Positions 25,101 through 34,161 of a stretch of 64,000 nucleotides of DNA are shown piece by piece. The stretch's first letter is position 1. Every line of letters starts with the position of its first letter. Under the pieces are notes generated by a model. It searched no databases. It was not told the origin of the DNA and saw only the letters and a program-made list of their open reading frames with translations. This DNA is from Somniosus microcephalus (Eukaryota), in the NCBI GenBank assembly GCA_052327205.1, contig CM126221.1:77562001-77626000 (forward strand), in the 5' to 3' direction. The translations under genes were made by a program, and so were the position numbers.

Positions 25101-26093
25101 ATCGAGGATATGACCAAGAGATGCACAGGATGCCAGAAGGTCCAAAACGCTCCACCACAGGCCCCGCTACATCCATGGGAGTGGCCCTCATCTCCATGGC
25201 AACGGGTACACATTGATTTCGCTGGTCCATTTATGGACTCAATGTTTCTAATTGCTGTGGACGCCCATTCGAAATGGCCAGAGGTCATTAAAATGTCCTC
25301 CACCACCACAGAGAAAACTATTGCAGTCCTAAGAACCATCTTCGCCAGGAATGGGTTGCCAGAACAGATCTGTTCCGACAATGGCCCATAGTTTGTGTCT
25401 GAGGATTTCCGGAGGTTCCTGAAGAATAATGGGGTGAAACATTACACATCTGCCCCATATCATCCAGCCACAAATGGATTGGCTGAGAGGTTTGTTCAGA
25501 CCTTTAAAAAGGCCATAAAGGCAATGTATAATGACGACATACCACTGCAACACAAGGTGGATAACTTCCTGTTTGCTTACCGGAAAGCAACACATGCAGT
25601 AACCAACCAAACTCCAGCCGTACTGTTTTTCAACCGGAGACTAAGATGTCGCTTGGATTTGCTCAAACCAAACATAAGACGAGATGTTGAGGATAAGCAG
25701 TTCCAGCACATAAATGAGAAGCCAACCAGGAGCTTCAAGATAGGGCAACCAGTCTTGGCCCGCGACTACCGAACAGAAAAATGGCAGCCAGGCACGATAT
25801 GCACACAGCAGGGACCACTAATGTACACAGTGGACGTTGGAGAGAGCATCGTGAGACGCCATGCTGACCAGATTCTAGAGTCACAGGAACAAGCCAAACC
25901 TGTACCACAAGCATGTGCACCTGGTAATGAGCCCGAAGTACAGATTGCGTCTACCTCAGAAGCAGGGGTATTGGAAGCTGACGAACCAACCAATGACAAT
26001 GAGCCAGAATTGACTCCACCGCCAGAACAGGATACTCGAGAAAGGCGCTATCCAGTCCGGATCAGGAAGCCTCCTCAAAGGCTGAACTTATAA
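22141..26093 (+). pseudogene. gag-pol polyprotein of Gypsy 1 (1 frameshift, 1 stop)
   Basis: Two CCHC knuckles (CYRC..H..C, CRQC..H..C), LDTGS, YLDD, DAS RNase H, HEGH..CTGC and D-D-E integrase; frameshift ~22535; TAG 25389-25391. Confidence 0.93.
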
Positions 26094-26202
26094 ATGACTA
26101 TTCCATTTGATGTATATATTACTGAGAAAATTGTAATTGTAATTAGTTATTATTTAGTTGTTAAATGAATGTTATGTACTGTTTATCTAAAAGGGGAGGA
26201 AT

Positions 26203-26374
26203 TGTTGTGTATGTCCCTTTAAGGGAATAACTGGTCTTAGACTGCAGTACCGGCAGTGACCACCCCTGTATAAAAGGCTTCTGTAGTTTCAGTTTCAAGC
26301 TGCCTCTTGTTCAGTAAAGTATCTGTTAAACTGTTCTCCCGAAGTCCGTGTATTATTGAGGCGCGGACTTTACA
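26203..26374 (+). repeat. 3' LTR of Gypsy 1 (172 bp)
   Basis: Follows the PPT; ends CA followed by GACTC. Confidence 0.95.
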
Positions 26375-27117
26375 GACTCTATTTGCCGACTTGATTCAAT
26401 TTTCAGGCAGGCCTTTAACTGGGCACCAGAACTCCTATCCAAAACAGGCGGGAGACTGTTTAACTATGCAACTCAGAGTCCTTCGTGGTTGTAGGATACT
26501 GATTTCAATTTTCATGGAGAAGTGGGCAGTGTTTGCAAAGTTATTGCTAGTCCCACTTGCCCCCAGTCTTGAGAGGCCTCAGCAGTGGTCCTTAAAGGCA
26601 AGCTTTTCTTCATTTTAAGATTTTTGTGGGGCCAGGAGGAGCATTCGTCTGGCTCATTGCAGGCCCGTTCTCAACCCCTCTTCCGGATCTGTTCCCCTCC
26701 CCCCCCCCCGCCCCCCCAACAGGATCTGCCTGCTGACCACTTCTGTGGAGAAGCTGGGCGATGTTCCGAGGTGGGAAACTGGCGAGATGGAGCGGGGTGC
26801 CCGTTTGGCACCGAGAGCTTGCTGCAAATGTTTAAATGAGGGACTAAAGCTGGCAATGGTGCCAGCCTCCTGACTCTGGCTTTGTACGGGCACCGCGGAC
26901 ACACCCGTCATCAGTCCGAACCAAAAACACCCCCCGCCCCCCTACCCTCCAATCCATGTTTTGCTGGAAACGTACATTTTTATAATGCCGTACCACATCC
27001 TCAAGAAGCCTTAAAGCAGCTCACATTCCATGAAGTACTTTTTGAAGCATAATGTTACGTTACATAACAAATGAGACAGCTAATCTGCACACAGCAAAGT
27101 CCCACAAACAAAAAATG

Positions 27118-27568
27118 AAAGAAAGACTTGCATTTCTATAGCGCCTTTCACAGCCACTGGACACCCCAAAGTGCTTTACAGCCAATGAAGTACTTTTGAA
27201 GTGTAGTCATTGTTGTAATTTGGGAAATGCAGCAGCCAATTTATGCACAGCAAGCTCCCACAAACAGCAATGTGATAATGACCAAATAATCTGTTTTAGT
27301 GATGTTGATTGAGGGATAAATATTGGCCCCAGGACATAACTCCCCTGCTCTTGTTTGAAATAGTGCCATGGAGACCTTTTACATCCACCTGAGAGAGCAG
27401 ACAGGGCCTCGGTTTAACGTCTCATCCGAAAGACAGCACCTCCGACAGTGCAGCACTCCACTGGAGTGTCAGCCTAGATTTTTGTGCTCAAGTCCCTGGA
27501 GTGGGACTTGAACCCACAACCTTCTGAGCCCAGAGGCGAGAGTGCTACCCACTGAGTCAAGATAACAC
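27118..27568 (-). mobile_element. Deu-domain SINE, full length
   Basis: Reverse complement of 379-848. Confidence 0.88.
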
Positions 27569-27731
27569 CTAGGAAAAATATCTAAACAGGAAAAAGAGAG
27601 ACGATTCAGATCCACAGGAAAGTGCTCGAAAAATAAAAGAAAACAGTCAAATGAATACGGGATAAATATGCAATCTACAGAAAGAATGCCTGATCATGAT
27701 CTTAGAGCACTCAGGATACAAATACTGCAGG

Positions 27732-28668
27732 GTTCGGGTAGGGAAATCAGGAAATCCCTATGGAAATTCCAGGCGACTATGTTATAATCTTGGAACATAT
27801 TTTCACTTTATGTACATCAGTGAGAACAACTCCCCTGAAATTGTTTCAATCCTTGTGTGAATACAGAAAATTTACTGGATGAATAAACCCAGATACATCT
27901 GGAAAATGGAAGGGGAAGACCAATAAAAATACGATAAGGGAATGCTGTAGTTTAGATGTTGTATCTGGAGCCAGGTGTTATATGGAAAAGAGAAAAACAG
28001 TGGTGCCTACTGTCTGCCTCGTGATGGCTCGATCCTGTGCTTGTCAGGTGTGTCATGACCAACATGGGACTATCGTCCTGGGAGGAGGAGGAGGCGGAAG
28101 TACGCCCACCTCTTTGGGATTGAGGTAGCTCCAGATGTCACGCCTGACATGAATCAGTCATTCATGAAAGAAAGACTTATGAAATAATACTGAGCGGCCT
28201 GCGGGTGTCGCTGTCCAGGGAGAGTGTAAATACTCGGGCACGGGCCCAGCTTGCGCAGGACATTCTTAACAGGAACTAGTGAAGGACACAACTAGACCTC
28301 CATGTTGTAAAACAGTTGATTAAAGCCTTGTTTAATGCTTAGACCAAGTGCCTAGTAGTTTTCTTACGTCAACGCCCTTTGGTTGAAAATTGGATCTGAG
28401 TCAAACCTTCTGTGGCAAATTTAGTAATCCAGAACCCGAGCTTGGCAGGCCTTCCGTACTCCAGGCTACTATCGTTAATTGACCATCCGACTGGGGGGGT
28501 CTTGTTCGGGTAGGGACATCAGGAAATCCCTATGGAAATTCCAGGTGACTATGTTATAATCTTGGAGCATATTTCCACTGTATGTACATCAGTGAGAACA
28601 ACTCCCCTGAAATTGTTTCCATCCTTGTGTGAATACAGAAAATTTACTGGATGAATAAACCCAGATAC
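27732..28668. repeat. 165-bp direct duplication (27732-27896 and 28504-28668)
   Basis: 6 substitutions and no indels by eye. Confidence 0.9.
28145..28371 (+). mobile_element. Solo LTR (227 bp), separate family
   Basis: TGACAT..ACGTCA termini; 5-bp TSD ACGCC; ATTAAA signal; inverted copy at 32058. Confidence 0.88.
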
Positions 28669-28674
28669 GTGGGT

Positions 28675-29527
28675 GGCCCTATATAATCGCAGTAAGACGT
28701 CTTGGTGGAAAAATTCAGTATCGCCCCATTTGGGGCGCCATTATCGACCGTGTGCAAAGTTTAGCGCCTGGCACCTCCGACGGCAAACTTGGCTTTTATC
28801 GCCCCTGGAGGTGATTGGAGCGCTAAATCAAGTGCTTCACACCTGTCTTAAGGCGCAAAGGCCGAGGAGCGAGACGCTACCTCAGAGCGCTGGCGAAGCA
28901 AGGAAGGGCAAATCAAAATGAACCTACAAAGTGCTGCTCAGTACCCAAAACCACTTTACACAGCGTTGAATCTCTCCAGAAGTCTCTCTCTCTCTCTCTC
29001 AGGATGCGTGGTGTAAAAATGTCACCAACATTTATGTCACCAACAAATAGCGCTCCCCTAGTCCCTTCCTGACTGCAAAACGCTCCCCTCAACCTGTCAT
29101 TGCTAGCGGCAGGCGGTAAGGCGGTAAGGCAGGGGGCGCCACTCAATATCCGGTCCGGGGCGTTGCGCACTCGACTGACGTCGCGATCTGCTGGCACAGG
29201 AGATCGTGGCAGGTGTTTAGCGTCGCCACAAAATGTCTAGTTAATTTCGCGAGCGGCGCAAGCATCGCCGCGCCCGGGCGCTAGTTGCTTTGCACCCCAT
29301 TAGCGCCCTCTTAAGGTGCTAACAGGAGGCGCAAACAACTGAATTTTTCCCTCCTTTACTCTTATACTCAAATCCTCTTGTAATAAAGGCCAACATACCA
29401 TTTGCTTTCCTAATTGCTTGCTGTACCTGCATGTTAACTTTCAGTGATTCATGTACAAGGGCACCCAGGTCCCTCTGAACACCAACATTTCCCAATCACT
29501 CACCATTTAAAAAATACTCTGCTTTTC
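28675..29527 (-). mobile_element. CR1 internal fragment hosting MITE A
   Basis: Matches the CR1 region around KANGMLAFI on the minus strand. Confidence 0.75.
28704..29353 (+). mobile_element. GC-rich MITE family A
   Basis: TIR GGTGGAAAAATTCAG/CTGAATTTTTCCCTC; TSD CTT. Confidence 0.9.
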
Positions 29528-29564
29528 ATCTGCTAATATTGCTGCTAGTAATTTCTAGCCTCTT

Positions 29565-29820
29565 CGCTCCACTATTGGTGGCCGTGCCTTCAGCTGCCTG
29601 GGCCCTAAGCTCTGGAATTCCCTCCCTAAACCTCTCCACCTCTCTTTCCTCCTTTAAGATGCTCCTTAAAACCTACCTCTTTGACCAAGCTTTTGGTCAC
29701 CTGTCCAAATATCCACTTATGTGGCTCGGTGTCAAATTTTGTTTGATAATCTCTCCTGTGAAGCGCCTTGGGATGTTTTACTATGTTAAAGGCGCTGTAT
29801 AAATGCAATTTATTGTTGTT
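29565..29820 (+). mobile_element. L2 3' end
   Basis: Matches 6250-6515. Confidence 0.85.
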
Positions 29821-30138
29821 TGATGGTGCCTTCGTTCTCTCGCTGTTCAAATCCCTTCAATTCAATGTTCCCCTATCTTTCCCGTAAAACATTCTTCAAG
29901 ATTATTTCACGAGTGCTAAATAAATGTAAGTTGTTGTTTTTGTTGTTGAATCAGCTTCCATCTGGCGTGCAAAACTGGCTCCAAATACAATTGCAGATTA
30001 TAATATTAAAATTGGCGTTTGGGTACTAAGGTGACAAATGGTATTAAAAGGATTTAAGATCGCTCTTTTTGGAAGGCATCCCAAAGTTTAATAACCCCAA
30101 TCTGGTCTATTCCTTAAAATGGATAGCCTTCCTGCCAG

Positions 30139-30402
30139 ATTACACAGGATATACGGCACAGAAACAGGCCATTCGGCCCAACCAGTCTATGCCGGCGTTT
30201 ATGCTCCACTCGAGCCTCCTCCCGTCTTTCCTCATCTAACTCTATCAGCGTAACCCTCTATTCCCTTCTCCCTCATATGTTTGTCCAGCCTCCCCTTAAA
30301 TGCATCTATACTATTTGCTTCAACCACTCCCTGTGGTAGCGAGTTCCACATTCTCACCACTCTCTAATAAAGAAGTTTCTTCTGAATTCCCTATTGGATT
30401 TC
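30139..30402 (-). mobile_element. CR1 3' fragment
   Basis: Near-identical to 4490-4755. Confidence 0.85.
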
Positions 30403-30574
30403 TAATAAAATGGTTCTTACTGAAAGGTATTGCGAATAGCTTGGACCTGTGTATGATCAATTGTTTCTAGTACAGGTGTTCTGATGAAATTATTTTACCA
30501 GTAAGTGCAATACTTGGATTGGGTACTGAATGTGAATTGTACACTGGAATTTTTAAAAGAGTTTGTCCAGACTC

Positions 30575-30980
30575 CATTGTCATTTGAAGGATGAGAGATG
30601 ATCTAATTGAAACATATAAAATTCTTAAGGGGCTTGACAGGGTTAATGCTGGGAAAATGTTTCCCCTGGCTGGGGAATCTACAACCAGGAGTCACAGTCA
30701 CAGAATGATAGGCCATTTAAGACTGAGATGAGGAGGAATTTCTTCACTCAGAGGGTTGTGAATCTTTGGAATTCTCTGCCCCAGAGAGCTATGGATGCTC
30801 AGTCATTGAGTATATTCAAGTCAAAGGTCGATAAATTTTCAGGAACGAAGGGAAGTAAAGGATCTGGGGATAGTGCAGGAAAGTGGAGTTGAGGTAGAAG
30901 ATCAGCCATGATCTTATTGAATGGCAGAGCAGGCTCGAGGGGCCAAATGGCCGACTCCTGCTCCTATTTCTTATGTTCTA
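30575..30980 (+). mobile_element. CR1 3' fragment
   Basis: DLIETYKIL..RNFFTQRVVNLWNSLP, 3' hairpin and tail. Confidence 0.85.
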
Positions 30981-31504
30981 ATTTAATTAATTCACTATTT
31001 AAGAGGCCAGAGATAATGAGTTAATTACTGTAGTATATACAGCTTTTGAGTTCTGTTGAATCAATCTGTTCTTTACTCCTGCATAATTCCAAGGGTCCAA
31101 TATCCATTTTATTATAGGCAATTGGGATGGCAACTAACAAACCTCAGCACTAGAGATAAGCGGCCAAGTCAATTCAGATTGATTTAGATTCAGAAAGGCC
31201 TGGTTCTTTACAGAAATGACAACACACAGGCCGCGATTTTGCCTTCTGAGTCGCGTTCGAGGCGGCTGGGGTCGGTGGCGGGGTGCGATCCCGCTGCTGG
31301 TTCCATCCCGCTCTGTGAAAAGAATTTTACGCTGTTAAGTCTCGCCCAGCACGTTTGCCAGCCAATTGAAGGAAGCGGGTCTGATGATGTCATTTGATGA
31401 CGCATCATCAGCCGGTTTCCTTAAAGGGACCATGCGCAAATTTATTTTGACAGTTCTGCTGCCAGTGTTCTACAGCATTGAGGTGCTGTAAACACTGACC
31501 AGCA

Positions 31505-31740
31505 GTGCACAGAGGTGAACGGCTGCACCCAGGCTCTCCCATGACTCCCTCTATATGCTTATGGAGGGAGTCACAGTACGCAGGGAGGTTCTCTTCCCTT
31601 CCCATGGGCGGAAGAAACTTCCCCAGGAGACCAACGCAGCCTGGTTGCACATTGCACAGGAAGGACACAAGCAGGGGTGTGGTCAGGAGGACCTGGCTTC
31701 AGTGGCGCAAACCTTTCAATGATCTCAGTAGATCAGGAAA
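31505..31740 (+). pseudogene. Harbinger Myb/SANT-like DNA-binding protein remnant
   Basis: Frameshift-corrected reading AAPRLS.DSLYMLMEGVTVRREVLFP..ETNAAWLHIAQE..SRGVVRRTWLQWRKPFNDL. Confidence 0.78.
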
Positions 31741-32057
31741 CGTTACTGCAAAGCCACACTCAACCTCATCCTGCTGTGCCACTCATCACATCCCCATCAC
31801 TCTGCCTTCCCTACCCTACTCCTGCACATCCTTACTCACAACAACTTACCTTGCACCTCCACCCATCCCTCTCTATCTACATTATCACTTCCCCATCTCA
31901 CTAGCCACCCCTCACACTCATCCTAGTCCAATCATACCAACTAACAGCACACAAGGGTGGGCACTTGGGTGTTTTAGCCAATATTCATGTGAAGTTTCTG
32001 TTAATGTGCTGTTAAACATTGAAATCTTTATTTTCAACACTTTGCGTTCTTGGTGTG

Positions 32058-32284
32058 TGACATAAGAAAACTACTAGGCACTTGGTCTAAGCGTTAAACA
32101 AAGCTTTAATCAACTGTTTTACAACATGGAGGTCTAGTTGTGTCCTTCACTAGTTCCTGTTAAGAATGTCCTGTGCAAGCTGGGCCCATGCCCGAGTACT
32201 TATACGCTCCCTGGACAGCGCCACCCGCAGGCCGCTCAGCATCACTTCACAAGTCTTTCTTTCACGAGTGACCGATTCATGTCA
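32058..32284 (-). mobile_element. Solo LTR (same family as 28145)
   Basis: TGACAT..ATGTCA termini; TSD GTGTG. Confidence 0.88.
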
Positions 32285-33522
32285 GTGTGCACCTTTGGAA
32301 GTGGCTTAGTGAGTTGAAGTGAATGGTGAGGCATAACGGTACCCCCCACAATGGTGAAAGGAACGGCCTGGCCATTGTAGGGATGATTTATGGTGTTGGT
32401 GTGGGGTGGTGCCAACCTGGTGCATTATGTGGCAGCCAGGGTGTACAGCATCAGGTGAAGTAAATCTGTCCATGGTGAGGCCTTCCCTAGTCTCCCGAGC
32501 AGCAATGTGGTCAGGTGCTGATGCCCTGTGTCCTGTGCAGCATCAGGTGATTGCGGAGAAGGTTGGTGGTGTTGTTGGTGCTGCTGGTGTTGAGGCTGAT
32601 CATGGTGGGATTCTGAGGACCAAGGTGAGATTTTTTCAAGGGCACCGATGCTGATGGAATAGATGGCAGGTGAAGTTGAGATGGCAGGAGTGATCTGTCA
32701 GTGGTGAGAGAGGTTGTTCCAATGAGCTGACACTCCAAACACTTGCAAGCTGCATAAAGCTCAATCTGTCTTCCAAATGCAGTAACAGCTTCTAACCTTG
32801 GAAAGTGAACAGCTGTGAGATGGGAGCTTTTATAGACCATTTGCAGCTGTCAAGTTAAGAAATCATCCTATGCTGACACAACTCCCGCCCATCTTACCTG
32901 ACGTGATCCTCGAGCAGCGGGGAAGCCATTGGCGAACTCTAAAAATCTAAAGATAAGCTTAAAATACTAGATAATTGCCTCTTAACAATCTCTCTAATAA
33001 TCTAAATTGGCTCCCTCGCCGCTTGGTGTTGGATCTGTTCTGCAATGACAGACCTGACATCTGGGAGACTAGTGTGGAGACGGAAACCCGCTGTCAAAAA
33101 AAATCATTTCCCACCCGACCCGCCACCAAACGCGCCCGCTGATCCCCCCGAAAAATTCCGCCCATACATCCAAATGGTTCTCTGTTAGACGCAAGATTGG
33201 CATCGATTTAGAAGCTGCAACAAATCGGTTTTGCAGCTGGTGTCTGCTCCTAAAGAGGAAAGGTGGTGAGTGGCTGTTTCAGACAGAGAAATAATAGATA
33301 ATCTGGGAGTGATTACCAGGGAGTAATCTCATCAGGGGTTCATAAGAAGTTCAAAAGATTTATATTGAATGTCAAAACAGTTCTACAAGGAACTCACTAC
33401 CGCTTACCTCATTGTTTCTACAACATATACTAGCAGATCTTTAATGGCATTGCTCATGGTAAATCGATACATATGCTATTTAAAATGGCCATAACAAGAT
33501 ACCATTCATTATTCACCAACAA

Positions 33523-33848
33523 CTATTAGCATTTATATAACACTTTTAACATAGCAAAACATCCCAAGTCACTTCTCAGGAGCGTCATCAGATAAAATCT
33601 GACACCGAGCCACATAAAGAGATATTAGGACAGGTGACCAAAAGCATGGTCAAAGAAGTAGGTTTTAAGGAGCGTCTTAAAGGAGCAGAGGGAGAGGTAG
33701 AGAAGCAGAGAGGTTTAGGGGGGGAGTTCCAGAGCTTGAAGTCTAGGTAGCTGAAGGCACGGCTGCCAGTGGTGCGGCGATGGAAAGCAAAGATGCGCAA
33801 GAGGACATAATTAGAGGAATGCAAAGGTCTTGGAGGTTCTGCAGGGCT
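33523..33848 (-). mobile_element. L2 3' end, degraded
   Basis: Reverse complement of 6180-6510; KLWNS motif. Confidence 0.8.
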
Positions 33849-34015
33849 GTTCATGTCCATGTTTCCATGTTCGCAGGCAGCGCAAGGAGCGCATGTCAAC
33901 CCTAGCACCCCACCCACCCGTCCCTTCAACTACCGTCTACCCCACCTGTGACAGAGACTGTAGGTCCTGCATTGGACTCATCAGTCACCTGCGAACTTAT
34001 TTTTAATGTGGAAGC

Positions 34016-34161
34016 CCTTTCCTTGGATCGCCACCTTGTCGTGGTGGAGAGGCTTGTGTGAACCTATGAACCTGTGAGCAATGCCATCGGGAGCACAGCT
34101 CTTGGCAGGGTCAACCAAGGCGGTAAGGTCAAGGGGGAGGTTCCAGACGAAGTGCAATCCA
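34016..34161 (+). ncRNA. Candidate HDV-like self-cleaving ribozyme at the RTE 5' end
   Basis: P1 CCTTTCC/GGAGAGG, P2 GGATCGC/GCAATCC, P3 ACC/GGT, L3 TTGTCGT, J4/2 CGAA; P1 starts at the first base after the TSD. Confidence 0.72.

Larger units (their letters stand above)
21395..26374 (+). mobile_element. Gypsy (Mag-like) LTR retrotransposon 1, full length
   Basis: TG..CA LTRs 21395-21575 and 26203-26374; TSD GACTC; PBS TGGCGACAAG; PPT AAAAGGGGAGGAA; gag-PR-RT-RH-IN order. Confidence 0.97.
31229..33163. mobile_element. Internally deleted Harbinger transposon
   Basis: Imperfect TIR GGCCGCGATTTT/AAAATTCCGCCC; Myb remnant on plus; transposase 5' remnant on minus, homologous to 63280-63660. Confidence 0.8.

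Noticed and set aside
25880-26200. env gene or chromodomain after the Gypsy integrase
   Set aside because: Only a short acidic/proline tail ending RRYP.R.RKPP.RL, then ~100 bp to the PPT.
34060-34145. Twister ribozyme in the RTE leader
   Set aside because: Only a loose CCAAG/GAGG resemblance; I could not build both twister pseudoknots. HDV-like plus k-turn explains the pairing better.
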